Positions 17,794 through 27,102 of a DNA stretch of 35,503 nucleotides are shown piece by piece (within the stretch, counting starts at the first letter, position 1; each line of letters opens with the position of its first letter). The notes under the pieces were generated by a model. That model did no database searches, had not been told where the DNA came from, and saw nothing but the letters and a program-made list of their open reading frames with translations. The stretch lies in the IMG/VR virus record IMGVR_UViG_2896595138_000012, one strand, 5' to 3'. Source of the DNA: a virus (taxonomy: Duplodnaviria; Heunggongvirae; Uroviricota; Caudoviricetes). A program made the position numbers and the translations under genes.

Positions 17794-18843
17794 ATGGCCG
17801 CACAGATGTTATCACCACAGGCGCAAAAGTTTTTGCGTAATTACGCCATTTCGATGGCAAAAGCCAATGGCGTATTTACAGCACAACAGTTTTTTACCAT
17901 CAGCCCACCACGTGAAACCCTGCTACGCGATGCCCTGATTGAGAATGCCGACCCGTTCATGGGCAAGATCACCGTCATGCTGGTCGAACAGCTTGTCGGC
18001 CAGGTAGTCAGTACCGGAATTCCGGGGCTGTATACCGGGCGCAAGAAAGACGGACGCTTCAATAAAGCGCTGGGGAGTGAAGGCAACGAGTACAAGCTTT
18101 ACGAAGTGGATTCCGGTTCATTCCTGGACTACACCACCCTGACCAACTGGGCAAACGCAGGCACCGAAAACGAGTTCTATAACCGTCTTCAGGCGTTCTT
18201 TTACAAGTCAGTCACCAACGACCTGTTACGCGTGGCACTGAACGGTACGCATGCCGCAGATGAAACCAATCCTGATACCTGCCCGAACGGGGAAGATATT
18301 CACCCGGGATGGCATCAGATTGTTAAAGCGCGCACACCAAAACAGATCATTACTGACAAGGTCGTATTGAACCGTACAGGAACCGGGGCTGATTTTACGT
18401 CTGTTGATGCTATTGCCGCCGATGTAATTAATACCTGCATTCCACCCGAATTCCGTCAACACCCGGATCTGGTTGTACTGGTATCACAGAACATTATCGC
18501 AGCAGATACGGTCAGTATGCTGAACCGCATCGACCGCCCGACAGAAAAAGTCGCCGCCCAGCTTATCAACCGTGAGATCGCCGGACGCAAGTCATTCAGT
18601 CCGCCATTTATGCCGGATAACCGCCTGGTTGTCACCACGCTCTGGAATCTGCATATGTACTTCCAGCGCGGAACACAGCAACGCCGTGCTGAATGGATTG
18701 ATGACCGCAAACGCTTCGAAAACAACTGGCTGCGTATGCAGGGTTGCGCCGTGGAATATGACGCACTCTACGGTTCATTTGACAACATTGAACTGGCGGG
18801 ACTGCCATCACCTGAACATGCGAAACCAAACCAGGTAGCATAA
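17794..18843 (+). CDS. Major capsid protein (P2 gpN-like)
   Basis: 349 aa following scaffold gene; GGAG RBS; P2-type head gene order. Confidence 0.8.
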   Translation: MAAQMLSPQAQKFLRNYAISMAKANGVFTAQQFFTISPPRETLLRDALIENADPFMGKITVMLVEQLVGQVVSTGIPGLYTGRKKDGRFNKALGSEGNEYKLYEVDSGSFLDYTTLTNWANAGTENEFYNRLQAFFYKSVTNDLLRVALNGTHAADETNPDTCPNGEDIHPGWHQIVKARTPKQIITDKVVLNRTGTGADFTSVDAIAADVINTCIPPEFRQHPDLVVLVSQNIIAADTVSMLNRIDRPTEKVAAQLINREIAGRKSFSPPFMPDNRLVVTTLWNLHMYFQRGTQQRRAEWIDDRKRFENNWLRMQGCAVEYDALYGSFDNIELAGLPSPEHAKPNQVA

Positions 18844-18854
18844 CGGTCTGACGT

Positions 18855-19556
18855 ATGCAGACTCCGGCGCAAAAGTTCAGAGCCAGACTGGCCGCGCAGC
18901 AGGCGATGGAACGCCACGAGGCACTGACCGTACGCGACAGTCTTCATCTGCAACTGGCGCAACTGGAAATCGACTGCAGGGCTGTGAGCAGTTGCGCCAC
19001 CAACGCCGATCGTGTGGCATTCAAGCGTGAATCCCTGCTGCCGCGCTGGATGCCGACGATTGAGGCGTGGCTGCAAAGCGGCGAGGAGTACAAATACATC
19101 CCGTTTACCTGGTGCATCGTCTGGCTGTTTGATACCGGCGAAATGGACAAAGCCCTGGAATGGGCCGATATCGCCATCGGGCAGAATCAACCCATGCCAC
19201 CACGCTTTGACCGTGATTTGCCAACGTTCGTTGCCGATGAGGTCATGCAGTGGGCACAGATTCAGTTTGATAAAGGCCTTTCCGTCGAGCCCTATTTCAG
19301 CCGCGTGATGAGCCATATCGAAAAAGACTGGACACTGCACGAAGAGATAGTTGCCAGATGGTACAAATTCGCCGGTCTTAACCTGTTACGGGACAGCGAT
19401 GGCAAACCGACAACCCCGGCCGCCATTTACGACGTGGCGAAACTACGTAGCGCCGATGAGTGGATGGCCCGTGCGCACAGCACCACCCCCAAAGCAGGTG
19501 TTCGCGCCATACGAAACAAAATAGCCGCCCGTCTGCGCGCATTACGGGCGGTATAA
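18855..19556 (+). CDS. Terminase small/endonuclease subunit (P2 gpM-like)
   Basis: 233 aa immediately after capsid gene in O-N-M-L order. Confidence 0.75.
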   Translation: MQTPAQKFRARLAAQQAMERHEALTVRDSLHLQLAQLEIDCRAVSSCATNADRVAFKRESLLPRWMPTIEAWLQSGEEYKYIPFTWCIVWLFDTGEMDKALEWADIAIGQNQPMPPRFDRDLPTFVADEVMQWAQIQFDKGLSVEPYFSRVMSHIEKDWTLHEEIVARWYKFAGLNLLRDSDGKPTTPAAIYDVAKLRSADEWMARAHSTTPKAGVRAIRNKIAARLRALRAV

Positions 19557-19660
19557 CGAAAGCCCCACGGCTTCAGGCGGGCACGGTGAGGATGACACGC
19601 ACAAGCGTCAGTCATGCCGCAGAACCGTTCGCCCGACCTGACCTACACAGAGAATCAGTC

Positions 19661-20131
19661 ATGAACCTGAAACCAGGCTACAGCACAGACCAGAACACAG
19701 ACACTGCTACAGGCATGCTTAAAAATGATGGCTTCTGGCCGGATCTGGTCATGGCTGATTTTCGCAGAAGCCGAACTATCCCACTGGATATCCCTGCATC
19801 ACTGGCAGAACAGGCGTTATTGTCTGCCGTCTTTGAGGTGAACACCGCACTGACCGGTGTGAAATCCCGCTACGTAGTGCAGGGAATAGCGCAGGCGGCG
19901 GACGTGGAAGGCCCGCAACTTAACGGCGAAAGCGCCCTTTGCGCACAGTACAAAAAAGCGGTCTTTGCCCGCGCCAAAGCCGATCTTCTCGGTGAGTTTA
20001 CGGCGGTGAACACCCGCCACGCCGACAGCAATATCGACAGTAATGACACCCGCGAAACCCTGCTTGCTGAAGCGGCCTTTGTGCTGCGTGCTATCCAGGG
20101 CGCAGGCCGTGTGGGAGTGTACATCTTATGA
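19661..20131 (+). CDS. Head completion/stabilisation protein (P2 gpL-like)
   Basis: Start at ATG giving MNLKPGYSTDQ; position after small terminase; stop overlaps next start. Confidence 0.7.
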   Translation: MNLKPGYSTDQNTDTATGMLKNDGFWPDLVMADFRRSRTIPLDIPASLAEQALLSAVFEVNTALTGVKSRYVVQGIAQAADVEGPQLNGESALCAQYKKAVFARAKADLLGEFTAVNTRHADSNIDSNDTRETLLAEAAFVLRAIQGAGRVGVYIL

Positions 20132-20607
20132 GCCAGTTCGACAGCCTTTATGCATATCTGCGGCAGGTGTTTGACATTTCCGTGTTTGACAATACCGGCT
20201 TTGATTCGTGGATGAGTGATATTCGTCTTTTGCCCGCAGAGAAAGACATGGGGCTTGGACAGATAAGAATGGGTATTCGCCAGTACAACGCCGTGTTCGA
20301 CTGGCAGCGCTGGCCATGGCGTCAGGTTGACCCTGATTTGCTGTTATGCGCCCTGCTTGTCTGGCGGGACGAACAGGCTAATGACTACTACAGCCAGCTT
20401 GAGCTTGATGCGCCGGATGTCAACATCGAACCCACGGACGACAACATTGCAGAAGTGACTGTCAGTATGCCGCTCGCTGACCCCATCATTCTGATCCCGG
20501 ACGAGGCCGGTTTTATCATGATGGGCGGCATCCGTTACCGGCTGGATAAGCCAGAGATCTGGGTGGCAGAAAATATCACTGTATCCACCATCAGGGCAGG
20601 GAAATAA
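20128..20607 (+). CDS. Virion structural protein (head-tail joining candidate)
   Basis: 159 aa, translationally coupled within the late operon. Confidence 0.5.
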   Translation: MSQFDSLYAYLRQVFDISVFDNTGFDSWMSDIRLLPAEKDMGLGQIRMGIRQYNAVFDWQRWPWRQVDPDLLLCALLVWRDEQANDYYSQLELDAPDVNIEPTDDNIAEVTVSMPLADPIILIPDEAGFIMMGGIRYRLDKPEIWVAENITVSTIRAGK

Positions 20608-20610
20608 ACA

Positions 20611-21339
20611 ATGGACATCTCCCTGCACGGCGAACTTAACCGGACACAGCTTAAGCAGCTGCAGACAATGCTGGCCAACGGTGAGCTCCCCCCGGCAAAA
20701 CAACAGCGTCTGCTGCAGCGTATCGCAAAACGCGGCGTTATTCCGGCCGCAAAGCGCCATGTTCGCGAACAAAAGAATGTTGATGGCAGCAGTTTTGCAG
20801 AACGCCGCTATGGCAACAGACCGCTGCTGAAGGGGCTCCCTAAATTTCTGAAAGTGCACGACATGCCATCAGCGAAATCGGTGCGTATATACGCAGCAGG
20901 CAGGAGCTATCGCCAGCCCCACAACCACAGGGAAATCAGCGTGGGTGCAGTGGGATATATCCAGAGCCATGGCGTTACGTTCACAGTGAACGCATCGCAG
21001 CTGAAAACCGACGCGATGGAAAAAGCCAGCAAGGAACCCTGCTCCCGCCGTCAGGCGATAAAGCTGCGCAAGCTGGGCTATACGGTGAGCGGCAAAAAAA
21101 GGGGGACGCGCCGCAAACCATCAACGGCAGATATCCGGACGTCGCTCACGAAAGGGCAGGCAGGCGTGATTATCCGCAGCATGGAAGGCATACCATCCAA
21201 AAGCTGCTGGACGATAACCATCCCACCCCGTCAGTTCCTTGGTGTCAGTAACGAGGAATTTGCACGGATACTGTCCCGCCAGTTGCAGGGCATCAATTAT
21301 GGCTGGCAGACAAAGCCGCAGGACATTAAGAGGAAATAA
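20611..21339 (+). CDS. Virion morphogenesis / tail completion protein candidate
   Basis: 242 aa between head and tail sheath genes. Confidence 0.45.
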   Translation: MDISLHGELNRTQLKQLQTMLANGELPPAKQQRLLQRIAKRGVIPAAKRHVREQKNVDGSSFAERRYGNRPLLKGLPKFLKVHDMPSAKSVRIYAAGRSYRQPHNHREISVGAVGYIQSHGVTFTVNASQLKTDAMEKASKEPCSRRQAIKLRKLGYTVSGKKRGTRRKPSTADIRTSLTKGQAGVIIRSMEGIPSKSCWTITIPPRQFLGVSNEEFARILSRQLQGINYGWQTKPQDIKRK

Positions 21340-21342
21340 CCC

Positions 21343-22467
21343 ATGACGTTTCCACAGGTCACAATTAATCAGCTCAACACCCACAGCGGAAGCAAGCGTG
21401 GGATCGCCTGCACCCTGCTGATGGTGGGCGAGCATACAAAAGCCATTCTCCCGACACCGGTTACAGCACAAACCGATCTTGACTCGCTGTTAGGAACAAA
21501 GGATTCATTGTTACGCAGTAACGTGCAGGCGTTTCTGGATAATGCCGGACAAAATGCCATGATCTGGCTGGCAACCGTGCAGACACCCCAGCCTTCTGGT
21601 CAGACCCGAACGTGGGCTGATGTGGTTATGGATGCACAGGCCACCCTCTCGGTGGAAGGCGTTGTCGTTGTTCGCGCTAACGCCTCAGGTAACGATATCG
21701 ACAAAGCGCAGCAACTGCGCAGCGAACTCAATAACACCTTCCAGCGCTGGACATGGTTTATCCTGGCTGTTCGCGGCTGCGGAACAGGCGAGAAGTGGTC
21801 AGAATACGTCACCGTCATGACCGGACTACAGAAAGGCATTGCCGCTTACGCGGTGCAGCTTACCCCGATGCTGTTCGGCAATGAACCGGGGATACTGGCC
21901 GGTCGCCTTTGCAATCCATCAGTGACGATTGCTGATTCCCCCGCCCGTGTTGCAACCGGCGCACTGGTCAATATGGGCCGCAACGATAAACCGCAGGACA
22001 GCGACAAGCGCGAACTGGACATTGCCACCATCAGGGCCCTGAACAGGGCGCGTTTCAGCGTACCAACGTGGTATCCCGACTACGAAGGTTACTACTGGGC
22101 CGACGGCGTCACGCTCGATGTGGACGGTGGCGATTATCAGGCTATCGAATATCTGCGCGTTGCCGATGAAATGGCCCGTCAGGTGCGTTTGCTGGCTATC
22201 CCAAAAATCGCCAATCGCTCACTGAACTCCACCCCGGCAAGTGTGGCCGCGCACCAACAGCTTTTCGCGAAGCCCATGCGCGACGGCGCAAAGAGCCTGA
22301 AAATCAACGGCACGGTATTCCCTGGCCTTTGCATGTCACCGCACGACGGCGACGTAAAAATCTCATGGCCGGAAAAAGACAAAGTGCAGATTGCGATCGT
22401 GGTTCGCCCGTATAACTGCCCGAAAGAAATCACCATCAGCATCATGCTGGACGAAAGCGGAGAGTAA
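21343..22467 (+). CDS. Contractile tail sheath protein (DUF2586-like)
   Basis: 374 aa directly upstream of the tube gene; size and position typical of a tail sheath. Confidence 0.6.
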   Translation: MTFPQVTINQLNTHSGSKRGIACTLLMVGEHTKAILPTPVTAQTDLDSLLGTKDSLLRSNVQAFLDNAGQNAMIWLATVQTPQPSGQTRTWADVVMDAQATLSVEGVVVVRANASGNDIDKAQQLRSELNNTFQRWTWFILAVRGCGTGEKWSEYVTVMTGLQKGIAAYAVQLTPMLFGNEPGILAGRLCNPSVTIADSPARVATGALVNMGRNDKPQDSDKRELDIATIRALNRARFSVPTWYPDYEGYYWADGVTLDVDGGDYQAIEYLRVADEMARQVRLLAIPKIANRSLNSTPASVAAHQQLFAKPMRDGAKSLKINGTVFPGLCMSPHDGDVKISWPEKDKVQIAIVVRPYNCPKEITISIMLDESGE

Positions 22468-22470
22468 CCC

Positions 22471-22932
22471 ATGAACACCGAACGCATCAGTGGTATGAGC
22501 TTTGACACGTCATTTAATGGCCGCATCGTTCACGTAAAAACCGCCACCCTTGATATTACCGACAACACCAAAGCCATTCAGGAGCGCGGTGTACCTGATG
22601 GCTGGGTACGCGGCGACGTGGAAGCCGGCGGTGAAATTGAACTGGATACCGTTAACTTCCAGCTTCTTGGTGAAGCCGCGCGTGAAGCAGGGAGCTGGCG
22701 CGACATCGAAGAAGCCGACTTTCTCTTCTTTGCCCGTGCAGCAAAGACAGAACTCAGGGTGGAAGCCTTTGGTTGCAAACTGCTGATCAGTAACCTGCTG
22801 AATATCGACAGCAAGGGCGGTGACAACATAAGCCATAAAATCAAATTTATGGTGACTTCGCCGGAGTTCGTCAAAATTGACGGTGTTCCGGTTCTCAGCG
22901 CCACCGATGTTCGGGACATCATGAACCAATAG
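22471..22932 (+). CDS. Tail tube protein (DUF2597-like)
   Basis: 153 aa immediately after sheath gene. Confidence 0.6.
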   Translation: MNTERISGMSFDTSFNGRIVHVKTATLDITDNTKAIQERGVPDGWVRGDVEAGGEIELDTVNFQLLGEAAREAGSWRDIEEADFLFFARAAKTELRVEAFGCKLLISNLLNIDSKGGDNISHKIKFMVTSPEFVKIDGVPVLSATDVRDIMNQ

Positions 22933-23026
22933 GAAAGACAATGCAAAGCACCCCCACAACTGGAGCGACTGGCTGGCGATAATCAAAGACTGGTTACGTG
23001 GTGATATCCCTCTTGACAGTCTGCTG

Positions 23027-23278
23027 ATGACTGCCGTCATTGCAGCACTCAGAGTGTTTTACACAGGCCGCAGCTGGCGTCGTCTTTTGCTTGAGGTGCC
23101 GTTGTGTTGCCTGCTGGCCGTGGCGGCATTCACCCTCATTAAGCCGGTCCCCGTCGCATGGCTGACCGAAGACTGGCGCGTCGGTATCGGTGCCGCAATT
23201 GGCCTTATTGGTGTTGAACATATCCGGGCACTGGGTGTGTTCATCACAAAGAAATTTGCAGGGAAAAGTGACGAATGA
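23027..23278 (+). CDS. Holin (N-terminus probably lies upstream at 22941, see findings)
   Basis: 83 aa with two hydrophobic helices and charged C-terminus; stop overlaps lysozyme start. Confidence 0.6.
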   Translation: MTAVIAALRVFYTGRSWRRLLLEVPLCCLLAVAAFTLIKPVPVAWLTEDWRVGIGAAIGLIGVEHIRALGVFITKKFAGKSDE

Positions 23279-23718
23279 AAATTTCAGACAACGGGCTGGC
23301 CGCACTTAAACGCGAAGAAAACTGCAAACTGACCGCTTACCCCGATCCGCGCGGCGTATGGACCATTGGTACAGGTCACACAGGAAAGGTTGATGGTGTC
23401 GCAGTTCACAAAGGCATGACCATCACCCAGGACACCGCCGACAGACTGCTACGCGACGATCTGTCATGGGTGGAGCACTGCATCGCTGAACGGGTAACAG
23501 TTCCGCTGAACCAGAGTCAGTATGACGCGTTGTGTAGCCTGATTTTCAATATCGGCGCTGACGCTTTTATCGGTTCCACCGTTCGCCGTCAGTTAAACGC
23601 CGGCAACTACACCGCCGCCGCTGATGCTTTCCTGAAATGGAGCCGCGCAGGCAGTAACCCGACAATTCTGGCCCCGCGTCGCGGACGTGAGCGGGCAATG
23701 TTTCTGGGACAGAGGTAA
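23275..23718 (+). CDS. Phage lysozyme / endolysin (GH24, T4-lysozyme-like)
   Basis: 147 aa; catalytic E-x9-D-x5-T triad region REENCKLTAYPDPRGVWTIGTGHT. Confidence 0.85.
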   Translation: MKISDNGLAALKREENCKLTAYPDPRGVWTIGTGHTGKVDGVAVHKGMTITQDTADRLLRDDLSWVEHCIAERVTVPLNQSQYDALCSLIFNIGADAFIGSTVRRQLNAGNYTAAADAFLKWSRAGSNPTILAPRRGRERAMFLGQR

Positions 23719-23724
23719 GGCCAC

Positions 23725-24189
23725 ATGAAACGCGCAACACTCGCCTTTATCGTCTTCATGGTCGTCGCCGTGGCCGTGCTCGGCTTCACAGCTGACTACT
23801 GGCACAACCGCTTCACCAGGGCAGAAAAAGCCCGCCAGAAAGCCGTAAATCTTGCCGACACCCGACAGCAGACCATTGACGACATGACACTGCGTCAGCG
23901 CCAGAACGCCGCGCTTGATGCGAAATACACAAAGGAGCTCGCCAATGCAAAAGCTGAATCCGAAAAGTTACGCGCCGATCTTGCTTCTGGCCGTCGCCGG
24001 TTGCAGCTCCACGCCGTCTGTATGCCCGCCGCCACGCGTGATACCACCGCCACCGGCTCAACTGATGCAACCGCCGCCCGACTTACTCCGGACGCTGAAC
24101 GGGATTATCAGCATCTCAGAGCCGAAGCGAAAGCCGTCGTTGCACAAGTGAACGGCCTGCAACAGTACATTACTGAACAATGTCATTAA
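23725..24189 (+). CDS. Rz-like i-spanin
   Basis: 154 aa; N-terminal TM anchor then charged coiled-coil periplasmic domain; follows lysozyme. Confidence 0.7.
   Translation: MKRATLAFIVFMVVAVAVLGFTADYWHNRFTRAEKARQKAVNLADTRQQTIDDMTLRQRQNAALDAKYTKELANAKAESEKLRADLASGRRRLQLHAVCMPAATRDTTATGSTDATAARLTPDAERDYQHLRAEAKAVVAQVNGLQQYITEQCH
23945..24151 (+). CDS. Rz1-like o-spanin lipoprotein (embedded in Rz, +1 frame)
   Basis: AGGAG RBS; signal peptide with lipobox LAVAGC; proline-rich mature part. Confidence 0.7.
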   Translation: MQKLNPKSYAPILLLAVAGCSSTPSVCPPPRVIPPPPAQLMQPPPDLLRTLNGIISISEPKRKPSLHK

Positions 24190-24192
24190 AAA

Positions 24193-24492
24193 ATGGCACC
24201 ACTCACCGGGGAAAATAGCATGAAAGACGAAAATACCACCATCATCACCCTGACCGTCGCAGGCGAGGACATTCGCTTCGCCCCGACCGAAGCTGTCTAC
24301 AACAAGTTCGTGAATGAAATAACGATGGATAACAAGGTGGCGCCAGCCAAAAACTACCTGATGCGCTGTGTACACCCGGAAGACAAAGAGAAACTGGAGA
24401 AGCTCATTCACCGCCCGGGAGCAGCCCTTCAGATGGCAGCAAAACTCAATGAAGATTTTGCCGTCAATCTGGATATCACCGTAAAAAAATAA
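24193..24492 (+). CDS. Tail assembly chaperone (P2 gpE-like); -1 frameshift product would extend to 24680
   Basis: 99 aa ending VKK at an A AAA AAA heptamer directly before the tape measure gene. Confidence 0.65.
   Translation: MAPLTGENSMKDENTTIITLTVAGEDIRFAPTEAVYNKFVNEITMDNKVAPAKNYLMRCVHPEDKEKLEKLIHRPGAALQMAAKLNEDFAVNLDITVKK
24483..24489 (+). other. Programmed -1 ribosomal frameshift slippery heptamer
   Basis: A_AAA_AAA in X_XXY_YYZ register at the last two codons of the chaperone; -1 frame open to a TAA at 24678-24680. Confidence 0.6.
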
Positions 24493-24819
24493 AGGCGGCA
24501 CTGTCCGGCATTGAGCGCAACGGCTACGCGCAATATCTGGTATTACGCCGCCACTGGCTACCGGATGGCGAGGACACACCGGAAGACATTGCCGCTGCGG
24601 TCTGGCTGGACAACCGTTATTTCGAAAACATGAGTATTGCCGTCAATAACGGCATTGCGAGAGCATTTAAAGGTGGGTAATGGCTGCTGAACTTGATTTT
24701 ACGCTAAGTCTGGTTGATAAGCTGACGAGACCCTTAAAACAGGCGCAATCGGCTGTGACCGGATTTGCTGACAAGGCAACAGCCGACTTTAAACGTCTCG
24801 GTTTTGGTGTGGCCGGGTT

Positions 24820-26760
24820 ATGGGGGCTGCTCAGGGAATAAAAGGACTGGTCAACCCCGCCCGCGACATGGAAGCCGCGCTGGCCGAAGTCAGCTCGCTG
24901 GATGTGGCAAATAAAACACTCGATCAGCTGCGTAAAACTTCACAGACGTTTGCCATTAACTACGGCGAAAGCGCCAGCAATTTCGTCCGCAGCGCCTACG
25001 ATATCCAGTCCGCCATCGCAGGACTTCAGGGTGACGAACTGCCAAAATTTACTGAAGCATCCGCCATTCTCGCCAAAGCCACCAAATCAGACACGGCCAC
25101 CATTACTAACTATATGGGCACCATGTACGGTGTTTTTAAAAATACCGCAGAGAAGATGGGGCGCACGCAGTGGGTTGAACAAATTGCCGGGCAGACCGCA
25201 ACCGCCGTTCAGGTGTTCAAAACTACCGGTAATGAAATGTCTGCTGCCTTTACTGCGCTGGGTGCCAACGCGCAGGCAATGAAGGTATCTGCCGCTGAAC
25301 AGTTCGCCGTACTGGGACAGCTCCAGTCCACCATGTCAGGCAGCGAGGCGGGAACCAAATATAAATCATTCCTGGCGGGGATTGGGAATGCGCAAAAAGT
25401 GCTGGGGCTGAACTTTACCAACCGGGACGGCAGTGCCAGAAGCATTACCGGTATCATCGACCTGATTAAAGGAAAGTTTGGCGATCTGTCAAAAGTGGCA
25501 GATGCAGACCTGCTGAAAAAAGCCTTTGGCAGCGATGAAGCGGTGTCCATGATTAAACTACTGACCGGAGATGTTGACGGGCTGAAACGGAACATCAATA
25601 CATTAGGTAACATCAAAGGCATGGATAAAGCCATCGAAATGGCGAAAAAGATGGTTGACCCGTGGGATCAGGTTAATTCTTTACTGGAGCAGGTTCGCGT
25701 CAGCATTGGTCTGCGGCTCGATCCCGTCTTTGCCCCGTTCCTGCAAAAAATCATCACCGGCGGGAAAGCCTTCATGAAATGGCTGGATACGTTCCCCAAT
25801 ATTGCCCGCTGGCTGGGATATATCACTGCAATGACCCTCGCCTTTGCCGCAGCAGGGGCGCTTGCCAGTATCACGATGGGGGCCTTCGGCTTTATCATGA
25901 CCGGGCTCAGCGGAATTGCTGGCGTGCTGAAAGGCGCATGGAAAGGACTAATCTTCACCCTGGATTTATTACGCCCCTCCCTGCTTTCAACCCGTCTTGG
26001 CCTGATGGGGCTATGGATTCAGGAAAAAGCCGTCTGGGTGTGGTCAAAGCTGGTCGCTCTTTGGGCAGGGATCTGTAAAGCAGCGATCGTAGCCTGGAAC
26101 GTAGTGTTACGTGCGGGCGCGGTTGCAATGCGCCTGTGGGGCGTGGCGACGGCATTCGCAGGCGGTGCGCTTCAACTCCTGATAAGTCCCATAACCCTGA
26201 TTATTCTCGCCATTGCCGCACTTGCCGTAGGGATCTGTCTGGCTATCAAATACTGGGACAGTATTAAAGCCGCCATCATGGACACGGAAGCTTTCAGTGC
26301 CCTGCTAAAAGTCATTAACGCTGTGGTGGGCTGGTTTGATGATGCATGGAACAGCATTAAAGCCGGATGGGACAATCTGACGAACTGGTTTAAAAATTTC
26401 TCGCTGGCCGACACATTCGGCAATATCACAGCTGGAATTGGCAAGCTCTTTGACGGCATATGGGATTCCATTAAGAGCGCCTTTACCGGGACATGGAACT
26501 GGATAGCAGAGAAGCTCAACAAAATCCCCGGTGTCAATATCAGCACCGCACAACAGACCGTCGCACCGACACCCGCCCCGGAGCTTATCACTGGCAACCG
26601 TAGCGCCGCCATCCAGGGCGGGCCGGTAAGTCACCAGATAAGCAACAACCGGGGCGACAAAGTCACCAATAACAACGTTAAGCAGGATATCACACTGCAC
26701 GTTGACACCCTGGCGACACCGGGACAACTGGCGGAATACAGCGAACTGGCAGCGGGGTGA
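24820..26760 (+). CDS. Tail tape measure protein (5' end apparently frameshifted; true start probably 24680)
   Basis: 646 aa, Ala/Gly-rich with central hydrophobic segments; follows chaperone pair. Confidence 0.8.
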   Translation: MGAAQGIKGLVNPARDMEAALAEVSSLDVANKTLDQLRKTSQTFAINYGESASNFVRSAYDIQSAIAGLQGDELPKFTEASAILAKATKSDTATITNYMGTMYGVFKNTAEKMGRTQWVEQIAGQTATAVQVFKTTGNEMSAAFTALGANAQAMKVSAAEQFAVLGQLQSTMSGSEAGTKYKSFLAGIGNAQKVLGLNFTNRDGSARSITGIIDLIKGKFGDLSKVADADLLKKAFGSDEAVSMIKLLTGDVDGLKRNINTLGNIKGMDKAIEMAKKMVDPWDQVNSLLEQVRVSIGLRLDPVFAPFLQKIITGGKAFMKWLDTFPNIARWLGYITAMTLAFAAAGALASITMGAFGFIMTGLSGIAGVLKGAWKGLIFTLDLLRPSLLSTRLGLMGLWIQEKAVWVWSKLVALWAGICKAAIVAWNVVLRAGAVAMRLWGVATAFAGGALQLLISPITLIILAIAALAVGICLAIKYWDSIKAAIMDTEAFSALLKVINAVVGWFDDAWNSIKAGWDNLTNWFKNFSLADTFGNITAGIGKLFDGIWDSIKSAFTGTWNWIAEKLNKIPGVNISTAQQTVAPTPAPELITGNRSAAIQGGPVSHQISNNRGDKVTNNNVKQDITLHVDTLATPGQLAEYSELAAG

Positions 26761-26763
26761 CAA

Positions 26764-27102
26764 ATGAGTACGAAATCACTTTATATCGACCTGCTCATTA
26801 CTGACGGCGATCTTACGTTCAACTCCGCCAGTGAGCCGGTCTTGTGTGACAACCGCCAGAGTATTGCTCAGGACATGATTCACGCCCTGATTGAAAGTGG
26901 TCTGCCCTGTCGTCTGATTGCGGAGAACAGCCCCACACTCAGGGCCGACCTGTTCACGCAAATGGTGATACTCCTGGAGGAGGATGAACGCCTCATTCCC
27001 GGCTCCGTATTTATTGACGAAGAGCAACGCGGCCAGCTCCTTGTTACCGCCGATACCTACGATTTTGGTCAGTTAAGCCAGGGGATGCGCTATGCAGAAT
27101 AA
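26764..27102 (+). CDS. Baseplate protein (gp25/GP46-like candidate)
   Basis: 112 aa immediately upstream of the baseplate J-like gene. Confidence 0.45.
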   Translation: MSTKSLYIDLLITDGDLTFNSASEPVLCDNRQSIAQDMIHALIESGLPCRLIAENSPTLRADLFTQMVILLEEDERLIPGSVFIDEEQRGQLLVTADTYDFGQLSQGMRYAE

